Positions 1 to 8,759 of a stretch of 33,509 bases of DNA are shown one piece after another. Origin of the DNA: a virus (Duplodnaviria; Caudoviricetes); IMG/VR virus record IMGVR_UViG_3300011338_000206, positions 1 to 33,509 of that record; one strand, 5' to 3'. How positions within the stretch are numbered: position 1 is the stretch's first letter; each line of letters begins with the position of its first letter. The notes under the pieces were generated by a model. The model saw nothing but the letters and a program-made list of their open reading frames with translations. It searched no databases and was not told the DNA's origin. Position numbers and translations under genes: made by a program.

Positions 1-525
1 TTTGCCACCAGCTACATCCCAACAACTACGACGGCTTCGACTCGCAATGCTGATGTAGCCACCATCACGGGAACCAACTTCAGCGACTTCTGGCAAGCAG
101 GCAAAGGCGGCGCATCGGTGCAGGCTACCCCGTCTACGGTGTCCGGCATCCGTCCGCTGGTGCAGTACGACGATGGCACGGCAAACGAAATCATTGCGCT
201 GCGTGGCAACACCACCAACCCAGAGCTGTACATCGTTGACGGTGGCACACCGCAGGCCCAGCTTGATGCTGGCACCATAGCAGCCAACACAGCTTACAGC
301 CTAACCGGATGGTGGCAGACCAACGACTGCAAAGCACGCAAGGACTCAGGCGCAGTGGTCACAGACGACACCGCCACAATTCCCACAGTCACACAGGCTA
401 GGCTTGGTAGTGATGGCACCAATTACTTAAATGGCCATCTTGCCACAGTCAACTATTACGATTCGTTCTTTGGGCAACCGATTTACACTCGGCGCAAGAA
501 CAAAGTTTTTGCATCACTTCTTTGA
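1..525 (+). CDS. C-terminal part of a virion fibre/spike protein (5' truncated)
   Basis: Frame 1 is open from base 1 (FATSYIPTTTTASTRNADVATIT...) into the 118..525 ORF. The ATSYIPT..TR.AD motif and beta-rich (LamG-like) C-terminus are typical of phage fibre/spike proteins. Confidence 0.65.
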   Translation, partial: FATSYIPTTTTASTRNADVATITGTNFSDFWQAGKGGASVQATPSTVSGIRPLVQYDDGTANEIIALRGNTTNPELYIVDGGTPQAQLDAGTIAANTAYSLTGWWQTNDCKARKDSGAVVTDDTATIPTVTQARLGSDGTNYLNGHLATVNYYDSFFGQPIYTRRKNKVFASLL

Positions 526-537
526 AAGGCCAACACC

Positions 538-882
538 ATGTCTTACGTCACACCGTTTTTGCAAAATGGTACAACTCGCGCAATAACTGCCGCAACCACT
601 GCACCCACAGCGGTTCAAATTTTGCCAACTTTTACCAGCGCCCTTGGCCCTCGAAACCAGTTTCGTGTGGTCAACGCCGGGACTGAAATTGCGTTTTTGG
701 GCACAGGTCCGACTGCCGCACTTGCCGTTACAAACGCTGCTCCGGTGACCACTACTGGTGACGCAATTCCCATGCTGCCCGGTGCGGTAGAAATTTTTTC
801 CTTGGTGCCTGACTGGTTTTTCACCGCCCGCACTGCGTCAGGGACAAGTCAGCTTTACATCACGCCCGGCGAAGGGTTATGA
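538..882 (+). CDS. hypothetical virion protein (Thr/Ala-rich, beta)
   Basis: 114 aa ORF with SD GAAAGG, located in the structural operon. Confidence 0.6.
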   Translation: MSYVTPFLQNGTTRAITAATTAPTAVQILPTFTSALGPRNQFRVVNAGTEIAFLGTGPTAALAVTNAAPVTTTGDAIPMLPGAVEIFSLVPDWFFTARTASGTSQLYITPGEGL

Positions 883-931
883 TTCACACACTGTACCGGC
901 CCAGTAGACCGGGAACTCACATGAGTTACAA

Positions 932-1729
932 ATGACTGATGAAGTCCAAAACCTAGCGGAAGTAGACTCCGCGCCAGCACCCGAAGTGACGGCCACATCG
1001 GACAATGCACAAAATCTGCCGGAAGTCGCTGACCAGAGTAACGAGACACCCGAGGAGAAGAAATTCTCTCAAGCTGAACTCGATTCGATGATCGGCAAGC
1101 GCCTCGCAAGAGAACAGCGCAAATGGGAACGTGAGCAGCAAGCCAAACAAGCAGAGATGCAAGTGCGGCAGTCGGTGCCCAAGGAACTCCCGCCTGTGGA
1201 TCAATTTGAGTCCCCTGAAGCCTATGCGGAAGCACTGGCAGTCAAGCGGGCCGAGGAGATGCTCCACCAGCGTGAACTCCAGAAGCAAAAAGCAGCGATT
1301 GAGGACAGCTACGCAGAACGTGAAGAAGAAGTTCGGAACAAGTACGACGACTTTGAACAAGTCGCATACAACCCGAATCTCCGAGTTACCGATGTGATGG
1401 CCGAGACAATCAAAAGCTCCGACATTGGACCTGATCTGGCCTACTGGCTGGGCAGCAACCCCAAGGAAGCTGATCGCATCTCTCGTCTGTCGCCACTGCT
1501 GCAAGCGCGAGAAATCGGAAAGATTGAGGCTAAGATAACTGCCGAACCTTTCCAAAAGAAAACTTCGTCCGCACCTGAACCGATTCGTCCGGTGACTGCA
1601 CGAGCAACCAATTCCGGTGTCACTGACACCACCGATCCTCGGTCTGTCAAGACCATGAGTACATCGGACTGGATTGCTGCCGAGCGTCAACGACAACTCG
1701 ATAAGGCACGGGCACTTCGCAACCGCTAA
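932..1729 (+). CDS. capsid scaffolding protein
   Basis: Acidic N-terminus, coiled coil (FSQAELDSMIGKRLAREQRKWERE), position just upstream of coat as for P22 gp8. Confidence 0.8.
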   Translation: MTDEVQNLAEVDSAPAPEVTATSDNAQNLPEVADQSNETPEEKKFSQAELDSMIGKRLAREQRKWEREQQAKQAEMQVRQSVPKELPPVDQFESPEAYAEALAVKRAEEMLHQRELQKQKAAIEDSYAEREEEVRNKYDDFEQVAYNPNLRVTDVMAETIKSSDIGPDLAYWLGSNPKEADRISRLSPLLQAREIGKIEAKITAEPFQKKTSSAPEPIRPVTARATNSGVTDTTDPRSVKTMSTSDWIAAERQRQLDKARALRNR

Positions 1730-1766
1730 CCTCCAAAGTCGGGTATGATTACCCGAAATAGGAGGT
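1729..1766 (+). promoter_or_regulatory. hairpin sequestering the SD of the HNH gene
   Basis: ACCTCC (1729-34) pairs with GGAGGT (1761-66); inner stem TCGGGTA/TACCCGA (1739-45/1750-56). Confidence 0.55.
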
Positions 1767-1770
1767 AAAC

Positions 1771-2304
1771 ATGGAAAAGGATAATCAGTCTCTGACTGCG
1801 GAAGAACTGAAGCGGCAACGCAACAGGGAAGCAGCGGCCAGATACAGAGAGCGCAACCGGGAACGGTTTAACCAACGTATGCGGGACTGGCGTGAAGCGA
1901 ATCGGTTGAAAGACCGTGAGCATAAACGTGAACACCGCAACCGCAAGTTAGTGAATGGAACGCCTGATGAAGTCGCTGCAATACGCAAGGCCGAGTCAGA
2001 GAAAACCAGACGATTGCAAGCGGTTTGCAGAACGCAAGTGTTTGAAGCCTACGGTGGATACAAGTGCAACTGCTGCGGTGAAAGTGAACCGATGTTTCTT
2101 TCGATAGATCATATTGACAACAACGGCGCAACTGAGCGAAAGTCGGGCCAATACTGCGGAAGCGGTACCGGGTTTTACCAGTGGCTTCGTAAGAACAAGT
2201 TCCCTCCGGGGTATCAGGTTCTTTGTATGAACTGTAATACGGGGAAGCATAAGAACGGCGGCGTGTGTCCTCACCAGTCTTCATCATCATTTAAAGGAAA
2301 TTGA
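1771..2304 (+). CDS. HNH homing endonuclease
   Basis: Basic helical N-terminus; CNCCGE...LSIDHIDNNG...QVLCMNCN HNH/Zn motifs; inserted between scaffold and coat. Confidence 0.85.
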   Translation: MEKDNQSLTAEELKRQRNREAAARYRERNRERFNQRMRDWREANRLKDREHKREHRNRKLVNGTPDEVAAIRKAESEKTRRLQAVCRTQVFEAYGGYKCNCCGESEPMFLSIDHIDNNGATERKSGQYCGSGTGFYQWLRKNKFPPGYQVLCMNCNTGKHKNGGVCPHQSSSSFKGN

Positions 2305-2305
2305 A

Positions 2306-3505
2306 ATGTCTAACAGCCTGCTTACCATCGACATGATCACAAGGAAGAGTTTGGAAATCCTTGAAAACAACCTTGTGATCACCCGCAACGTGAACCGCCA
2401 GTACGACGACAGCTTCGCTGTTGAAGGTGCCAAGATCGGTTCCACACTGCGTATCCGTTTGCCCGACCGCGCTCTGGTGACTGACGGTGCCGCCCTGCAA
2501 GTTCAGGACGACAACGAACAGTTCACCACTCTGACTGTCTCCAGCCAGAAGCACATCGGCATCAACTTCACATCCGCTGAATTGACCATGCAGTTGGACG
2601 ACTTCGCAGAGCGTGTCTTGAAGCCACGTATCAGCCAGTTGGCCTCCACTGTGGATGCTGACGTTGCCAACGCATACAAGCTGATCGGTAACAGTGTCGG
2701 TACTCCCGGCGTTGCCCCCGCTACCGCTTTGGTGCTGTTGCAAGCCCAGCAGAAGCTGAACGAGAATGCCGCCACCATGTCGCCTCGTTACGCTACCGTG
2801 AACCCTGCCGCCAACGCTGCATTGGTCAACGGCCTGTCTGGCTTCTTCAACCCCACAGACGTCATCTCTCGCCAGTTCAAGAACGGCATGATGGGTGAGC
2901 AAGTGTTGGGCTACGAAGAAGTCAACATGAGCCAGTCGATCAAGGTTCACACCTGCGGCACCCGCGCTGCCACTGGCAACACCACTGGCGCTGCTGTGAC
3001 CTCCGAAGGTGCAACCACTCTGACTCTGACTGTCGGTTCCGGCGAAACAATCAACCCTGGTGACGTGTTCACCATCGCTGACTGCTACGCTGCCAACCCA
3101 CAGACTCGTGAGTCCACCGGTTCGCTGTTCCAGTTCGTGGCCCTGTCGTCTTCGACTGTCACCACCACAGCTACTGTGACCGTGGCTCCTATGTACTCGG
3201 CTGGTAACGCCCTGTGCACTATGGTGTCCCTGCCCGGTAACAGCAAGGCTGTTGTGTTCACTGGCGCTGCTTCGACCAGCTACCCACAGAACATGGTGTA
3301 CCACCGTGACGCCATCGCGTTCGCCACTGCTGACCTGTTGCTGCCACAAGGCGTTGACATGGCTAGCCGTGCCGTTCACAACGGTATCAGCCTGCGCGTT
3401 GTTCGTCAGTACGACATCAACAACGACCGTATGCCTTGCCGTGTTGACGTGCTGTATGGCTACAACACGATTCGTCCACAAATGGGTTGCCGCATCTGGG
3501 GCTAA
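2306..3505 (+). CDS. major capsid protein, P22 gp5-like coat
   Basis: MSNSLLTIDMITRKSLEILENNLV...KIGSTLRIRLP...RVDVLYG, typical of the P22 coat family; 399 aa; strong codon bias. Confidence 0.92.
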   Translation: MSNSLLTIDMITRKSLEILENNLVITRNVNRQYDDSFAVEGAKIGSTLRIRLPDRALVTDGAALQVQDDNEQFTTLTVSSQKHIGINFTSAELTMQLDDFAERVLKPRISQLASTVDADVANAYKLIGNSVGTPGVAPATALVLLQAQQKLNENAATMSPRYATVNPAANAALVNGLSGFFNPTDVISRQFKNGMMGEQVLGYEEVNMSQSIKVHTCGTRAATGNTTGAAVTSEGATTLTLTVGSGETINPGDVFTIADCYAANPQTRESTGSLFQFVALSSSTVTTTATVTVAPMYSAGNALCTMVSLPGNSKAVVFTGAASTSYPQNMVYHRDAIAFATADLLLPQGVDMASRAVHNGISLRVVRQYDINNDRMPCRVDVLYGYNTIRPQMGCRIWG

Positions 3506-3512
3506 TCCAAGG

Positions 3513-3534
3513 CGGGGGCTTCGGCCCCTGTTTT
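3513..3534 (+). terminator. intrinsic terminator after coat
   Basis: CGGGGGC-TTCG-GCCCCTG followed by TTTT. Confidence 0.7.
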
Positions 3535-3559
3535 CAAATCAATCTGAAAGGAAATTATC

Positions 3560-3961
3560 ATGGCACTCCCTAACGGCGCAGGCGGTTACCAAGTTGGTGA
3601 CGGCAACATCGGCGAAGCTACTCTGTTTGTGCAAGGCGCACCCACTGCCGTGGCTGCCGCTGCGACAATGACTGCTGCTCAGTTGGCAAACGGCTTGTTC
3701 GTTTTCGACGGCACTGCTGGCAACCTGACTCTGCCCACCGTGGCATTGGTGGAAGCCGACATCTCTAGCGCATCCAAAGTGAACGCTGCGTTTGACTTCT
3801 TTGTTGTCAACGCAGACGCATCTGGCTCTGACGCTGTGACGCTGGCTGTCGGCACTGGCTGGACCATCGTTGGTGCTGCTGCTGTTGCTGCTGCTACATC
3901 GGCCCATTTCCGCGCCCGTAAAACCGGCGATGGTACTTGGACCGCATACCGCATCAGCTAA
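3560..3961 (+). CDS. putative capsid decoration/minor head protein
   Basis: 133 aa Ala/Gly/Thr-rich ORF directly after coat, strong SD AAGGA. Confidence 0.6.
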   Translation: MALPNGAGGYQVGDGNIGEATLFVQGAPTAVAAAATMTAAQLANGLFVFDGTAGNLTLPTVALVEADISSASKVNAAFDFFVVNADASGSDAVTLAVGTGWTIVGAAAVAAATSAHFRARKTGDGTWTAYRIS

Positions 3962-3978
3962 TCGCTTGAGCAACTAGC

Positions 3979-4004
3979 AAAACGGGGGCTTTGGTCCCCG
4001 TTTT
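3979..4004 (+). terminator. intrinsic terminator
   Basis: AAAACGGGG-GCTTTGGT-CCCCGTTTT. Confidence 0.6.
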
Positions 4005-4019
4005 CACATGGAGATTTGA

Positions 4020-4265
4020 ATGAACGTCACCCTTATACACCCCATTCATGGCGCAAAAGTTGCGACCAATGAAACCGAAATTGAGATGGATGAAAAGAAC
4101 GGCTGGACACGGTACAATCCTGCTACGCCCGTCGAGGTGGCACCGAAAGCAGAAAAGCCTGTGCGCAACAAGCTGACTCGCAAAGTGACCGATAAACCTG
4201 TCGAACAGCCCAACGAAGTCCCATCCTTTTTGACTTCGGCAAGCGACGAATCCGAAGGAAACTGA
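4020..4265 (+). CDS. hypothetical protein
   Basis: 81 aa ORF with SD GGAG, tightly packed in the operon. Confidence 0.6.
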   Translation: MNVTLIHPIHGAKVATNETEIEMDEKNGWTRYNPATPVEVAPKAEKPVRNKLTRKVTDKPVEQPNEVPSFLTSASDESEGN

Positions 4266-4266
4266 A

Positions 4267-4977
4267 ATGGCATATACCGCTGGCGATCAGATCAACCGGG
4301 CACTCCGTCTGCTCGGCATTCTTGCCGAAGGTGAAACGGCGTCAGCGGCTACCAGTCAAGACGCTCTGGTTGCACTCAACCAGATGATTGACTCATGGAA
4401 CACAGAGCGTCTGTCCGTGTTCTGCACCCAAGACCAAATCTTCACATGGCCCTCGGGTGAGATCAAACGCACCCTTGGTCCCACTGGTGACTTTGTGGGC
4501 AATCGCCCAATCCAACTCGACGACGGTACCTACTACAAAGCCCCAAGCGGCGTGTCGTATGGCATCAAGTTCATCAACCAAGACCAGTACAACGGCATCG
4601 CTGTCAAGACATCAACATCGACCTTTCCGCAGGTCATTTTTGTCAACAACACGTTTCCTGACGTGGAGATGTACATCTACCCACGTCCCACCCAGAACCT
4701 TGAGTGGCACTTCATTTCGGTTCAAGAGTTGACGCAGCCTGCCACACTGGCAACCGAGTTGCACTTCCCGCCGGGCTACATGCGGGCTTTTGCCTACAAC
4801 TTGGCGATGGAGATCGCACCCGAGTTCGGCGTGGAGCCTTCGCCACAGGTACAGCGCATCGCCATGACCAGCAAGCGCAACCTGAAGCGCATCAACAACC
4901 CATATGACGTGATGAGCCTGCCCTACGCTGTTGTGGCGAATCGTCAGCGGTTCAACATCTACGCAGGTAACTTCTGA
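4267..4977 (+). CDS. head-tail adaptor, P22 gp4-like
   Basis: TAGDQINRALRLLG...DALVALNQMIDSW resembles the P22 gp4 N-terminus; synteny. Confidence 0.8.
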   Translation: MAYTAGDQINRALRLLGILAEGETASAATSQDALVALNQMIDSWNTERLSVFCTQDQIFTWPSGEIKRTLGPTGDFVGNRPIQLDDGTYYKAPSGVSYGIKFINQDQYNGIAVKTSTSTFPQVIFVNNTFPDVEMYIYPRPTQNLEWHFISVQELTQPATLATELHFPPGYMRAFAYNLAMEIAPEFGVEPSPQVQRIAMTSKRNLKRINNPYDVMSLPYAVVANRQRFNIYAGNF

Positions 4978-6410
4978 TGAAGACGCCCATCCTCGGCAGC
5001 ACCTACGTGGCCCGCAGTGTCAACGCTGCGGATGCCCGCATGGTCAACCTGTTCCCCGAGATCGTGCCCGAGGCTGGCAAGGAGCCTGCGTTCCTGAACC
5101 GCGCTCCCGGCCTGAATCTGGAGTTCACGGCTGGTGTTGGCCCGATCCGTGGCCTGTGGGTGCTGGCTGGCAACCTGTACGTGGTCAGCGGCACTCAACT
5201 GTACAAGGTGACCCCCGCCTACGTGGTGACCCTGATTGGCACCGTGTCGGGCACCAGCGGGCCTGTCAGCATGGCCGACAACGGCATCCAGTTGTTCGTG
5301 GCTTGCAACGGCCCCTCGTACATCTACAACTCGCAGACAGACGTGTTTGCCCAGATCACCGACCCCGACTTCCCCGGTGCTGTCACCGTAGGTTACGTAA
5401 ACGGGTTTTTTGTGTTCAACGAGCCGAACAGTCAAAAAATTTGGATTACCAGTTTGCTTGACGGCACCAGCGTTGACCCACTCGATTTTGCATCTGCTAC
5501 GGGTTCGCCTGACGGTGTAGTTGGCATCATCGTGGACCACGGGCAAGTGTGGGTCTACGGTACCAACTCTATCGAGGTTTGGTATTACAGCGGCAACGCT
5601 GACTTCCCGCTTGAACCCATCAGTGGCGCGTTCAACGAGTTGGGCTGCGCTGCGGCCTACTCGATTGCCAAGATGGACAACGGCCTGTTCTGGCTGGGCA
5701 AAGACGCCCGTGGTCAGGGTATGGTCTACCGGGCCAACGGTTACTCCGGCCAGCGCATCTCGACTCACGCAGTCGAGTGGCACATCCAGCAGTATGGCAA
5801 CTTGTCGGACGCCATCGGGTACACCTACCAGCAAGACGGCCACAGCTTCTACGTGCTGATCTTCCCCAGCGCAGACACGACTTGGGTCTACGATGTGGCA
5901 ACACAGGCGTGGCATGAACGCGCCGGGTTCTCCAACGGTGACTTCACTCGTCACTGGAGCAATTGCCAAGCGTTCTTCAACAACAAGGTGCTGGTGGGCG
6001 ACTACCGCAACGCCAACGTCTACTCGTTTGATCTGGACGACTTCTCGGACAACGGCAGCATCCAGAAGTGGCTGCGCTCGTGGAGAGCACTACCCACCGG
6101 CCAGAACAACTTAAAGCGCACCGCGCACCACAGCCTCCAGCTTGACTGTGAGACAGGTGTCGGCTTGAACCTTGGGCAAGGCAGCGACCCCGAGGTCATG
6201 CTGCGCTGGTCAGACGATGGCGGGCACACATGGTCCAACGAGCACTGGGTCAGCATCGGCAGGATCGGTGAATACTATCGCCGTGCCATCTGGCGCAGGC
6301 TGGGCATGACCCTAAAACTGCGGGATCGTGTTTACGAGGTGTCGGGTACCGACCCCGTGAAGATCGCCATCATGGGCGCTGAACTGATGGTGAGCCCGAC
6401 CAATGCCTAA
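4977..6410 (+). CDS. tail hub / DNA stabilisation protein, P22 gp10-like
   Basis: 477 aa beta-propeller-like sequence, YQQDGHSFYVL and LRWSDDGGHTW motifs; follows gp4. Confidence 0.85.
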   Translation: MKTPILGSTYVARSVNAADARMVNLFPEIVPEAGKEPAFLNRAPGLNLEFTAGVGPIRGLWVLAGNLYVVSGTQLYKVTPAYVVTLIGTVSGTSGPVSMADNGIQLFVACNGPSYIYNSQTDVFAQITDPDFPGAVTVGYVNGFFVFNEPNSQKIWITSLLDGTSVDPLDFASATGSPDGVVGIIVDHGQVWVYGTNSIEVWYYSGNADFPLEPISGAFNELGCAAAYSIAKMDNGLFWLGKDARGQGMVYRANGYSGQRISTHAVEWHIQQYGNLSDAIGYTYQQDGHSFYVLIFPSADTTWVYDVATQAWHERAGFSNGDFTRHWSNCQAFFNNKVLVGDYRNANVYSFDLDDFSDNGSIQKWLRSWRALPTGQNNLKRTAHHSLQLDCETGVGLNLGQGSDPEVMLRWSDDGGHTWSNEHWVSIGRIGEYYRRAIWRRLGMTLKLRDRVYEVSGTDPVKIAIMGAELMVSPTNA

Positions 6411-7236
6411 TCCAATAGTCGTTCCCATCACGCAGCCTCGGGTTCCTTTCCTGAACCCAGATACAGGCTTTGTCTCGCGTGAGTGGTACATGTTCCTGCT
6501 GTCGCTCAACCAGTTGACCAGCGGCAGCAACGTGTCGCTGGGCGACTTGCAAAAAGGTCCACCGACCCTGACGGTTGACGAGGTAAACGTCATCATCGAC
6601 AGGGCTATGGGCAGCATCGACCCTTCGCAGGATGGGTTGCTGGCCCAGATTGCCGAGTTGCAAAAGCAGATTAATGACCTGACACAGCAGCCGTCAAGCC
6701 TTGAGAATCAGATTGCCGAGTTGCAAAAGCAGGTGGAAGCATTGCAGATGACGCCCCCACCTCGTCAGTTTGAGCGTTCTCGGTACGGCTCGTTTTACGA
6801 CACCACGACCCAAACTGCGGCCACCATCAACACTGCGACAACGATCACGTTCAACACGACCGATCTGAGCAACGGTGTGTATCTCGGCACCCCAACATCA
6901 AGGGTGTACGTGGACACACCGGGCATCTACAATTTCGACACATCGTTTCAGTTGGACAAGACCAGCGGCGGCGTGGCTGAGTTTTACTTTTGGTTCAGAC
7001 TCAATGGTACGGACGTGCCCGACAGCGCCAGTCAGATTAGGATTCAAGGCAATGATGCCGAGATATTTTCATCGCTGAATTACTTTTTTGATTTGAATGC
7101 GGGCGACTATGTGGAAATGATTTTTTCCGTGTCTGACACAAGTGTTGAGCTTCTTTCCGTACCTGCGGCAGCACCTGTTCCGGGCATCCCGTCCATCATT
7201 CTCACAGTGTCAAACAATATCGGAGGTATCCAATGA
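6403..7236 (+). CDS. tail needle-like protein (coiled coil plus C-terminal jelly-roll knob)
   Basis: gp26 position; heptad segment (QIAELQKQ twice) followed by a C1q/TNF-like beta domain (GIYNFDTSFQ...LNAGDYVE). Confidence 0.6.
   Translation: MPNPIVVPITQPRVPFLNPDTGFVSREWYMFLLSLNQLTSGSNVSLGDLQKGPPTLTVDEVNVIIDRAMGSIDPSQDGLLAQIAELQKQINDLTQQPSSLENQIAELQKQVEALQMTPPPRQFERSRYGSFYDTTTQTAATINTATTITFNTTDLSNGVYLGTPTSRVYVDTPGIYNFDTSFQLDKTSGGVAEFYFWFRLNGTDVPDSASQIRIQGNDAEIFSSLNYFFDLNAGDYVEMIFSVSDTSVELLSVPAAAPVPGIPSIILTVSNNIGGIQ
6646..6732 (+). repeat. 24-bp direct repeat, 63 bp period
   Basis: CAGATTGCCGAGTTGCAAAAGCAG at 6646-6669 and 6709-6732. Confidence 0.9.
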
Positions 7237-7571
7237 CAGTCATCGTCAAAAACATTGTCCCGGCCAAAACGGTCGAGGCGACTCAAGTTACCCAGTACAC
7301 GGCCACCAACGTGACCACGATCATCGACAAGTTCACGGCGACCAATTACAGCGCCACGGCTGCAACGATCTCGGTCAACTTGGTCACTGTGGCTGGGTCC
7401 GCTGGCAACAGCAACCTGATCACCAAGACCAAGACGCTTCAGCCGTCCGAGGTCTACACCTTCCCCGAACTGGTGGGGCAGGTTTTGAACAATGGTGACT
7501 TCATCAGTACAATCGCAGGAACCGCCAGCGCCATCAACATGCGCGTCAGTGGTCGTGAGGTGACTCAGTGA
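7233..7571 (+). CDS. hypothetical virion protein
   Basis: 112 aa Thr-rich beta ORF, ATGA-coupled, SD GGAGG. Confidence 0.65.
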   Translation: MTVIVKNIVPAKTVEATQVTQYTATNVTTIIDKFTATNYSATAATISVNLVTVAGSAGNSNLITKTKTLQPSEVYTFPELVGQVLNNGDFISTIAGTASAINMRVSGREVTQ

Positions 7572-8038
7572 ACATGACAGTGACTTACGGCAAGGGATTT
7601 GAGGTAGACAGACCTCGGAGTCTTGCCGAGCGGGTTGCGGCTTTGCAGGAGGAAATCTCCAAGCATCCTCAGTATGAGCCGCCCACGGAACACGTGTTTC
7701 ACGGCGGCATGTATTGCCGTCAAGTGTGGCGTCCAGCAGGGTGTTTAATTGTGGGCAAAGTCCACAAAAAAGAGCATTTTTACATGATCGTGTCGGGTAC
7801 TGTCAAAGTGACCACGGACGATGGAGTTCAGACCATTACTGGACCAATGCTGCTGTGCAGCAACCCCGGAACCAAACGCGCCGTGTATGCGGAAACAGAC
7901 GCACTCTGCATGACTTTTCACAGGGTTGAGTCAAATACGGTTGAAGAAGTAGAATCCGAGCTAGTGGAAGACGATCCAAATTCGATGTTTACCATTGGCA
8001 ACAAAATCAAAAACCAGCAGATTGAGGTGAAACCATGA
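7568..8038 (+). CDS. cupin-fold protein
   Basis: HVFHGGMYCRQ...GKVHKKEHFYMIVSG cupin-like motif; GTG start overlapping the upstream stop. Confidence 0.65.
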   Translation: MNMTVTYGKGFEVDRPRSLAERVAALQEEISKHPQYEPPTEHVFHGGMYCRQVWRPAGCLIVGKVHKKEHFYMIVSGTVKVTTDDGVQTITGPMLLCSNPGTKRAVYAETDALCMTFHRVESNTVEEVESELVEDDPNSMFTIGNKIKNQQIEVKP

Positions 8039-8757
8039 GTTTTGTAACAGCAGCCCTTATTGGTGGCGGTGCCGCAATCGTTGGTGGTGCGCTTGCCGGA
8101 CGTGGTGCCAGTAAGGCAGCAGGTGTTCAAGCCGCAGCAGCAGACCGCGCATCCGAACTCGAACGGGAAATGTTTGAGCGCAACATTGAGTTGAACAAAC
8201 CATTTCGCGAAGCTGGCATCACCGCACTCAACAAGCTGGTTCCGCTGGCGACCGAGTACACACCCTTCGGGATGCAGCAATTTCAGCAAGACCCCAGTTA
8301 CGCTTTCCGCATGTCTGAAGGCATGAAAGGTCTGGAGCGATCCGCTGCTGCTCGTGGTGGACTGCTGTCGGGTGCTACGCTCAAAGGTATCCAGCGATAC
8401 GGTCAAGACATGGCGTCACAGGAATACCAAAACGCATTCAATCGGTATCAAGCCGAGCGTCAGGCTCGTCTAAATCCGCTGCAATCGTTGGCCGGTGTTG
8501 GTCAAACAACATCGCAGCAACTGGGTCAGGCTGGTACGCAGATGGCTGGCAACGTGGGTAACTTGATGACTGGTGGCGCAGCAGCTCGCGCATCGGGTTA
8601 CGTGGGTCAGGCTAACGCGCTGACTGGTGCCTTGAGTGGGGCGACCAACATGTACATGCAAGGTCAATTGATGAACAGGTTGCTGCCGTCTACACCGAGT
8701 TACAGCTACGGTGGGTTTGGTGGTGGTAGCGGCACATTTGGTGAAGGGCAATACTAA
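8035..8757 (+). CDS. DNA ejection protein, P22 gp7-like
   Basis: Gly/Ala-rich hydrophobic N-terminus, SAAARGGLLSGATLK motif, synteny. Confidence 0.75.
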   Translation: MSFVTAALIGGGAAIVGGALAGRGASKAAGVQAAAADRASELEREMFERNIELNKPFREAGITALNKLVPLATEYTPFGMQQFQQDPSYAFRMSEGMKGLERSAAARGGLLSGATLKGIQRYGQDMASQEYQNAFNRYQAERQARLNPLQSLAGVGQTTSQQLGQAGTQMAGNVGNLMTGGAAARASGYVGQANALTGALSGATNMYMQGQLMNRLLPSTPSYSYGGFGGGSGTFGEGQY

Positions 8758-8759
8758 TC

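Noticed and set aside
2291-3481. Long antisense ORFs (also 4959-5969, 9090-10229, 20604-21578, 28068-29051, 31591-32490)
   Set aside because: These are mirror frames of strongly codon-biased genes, with no motifs or RBS.
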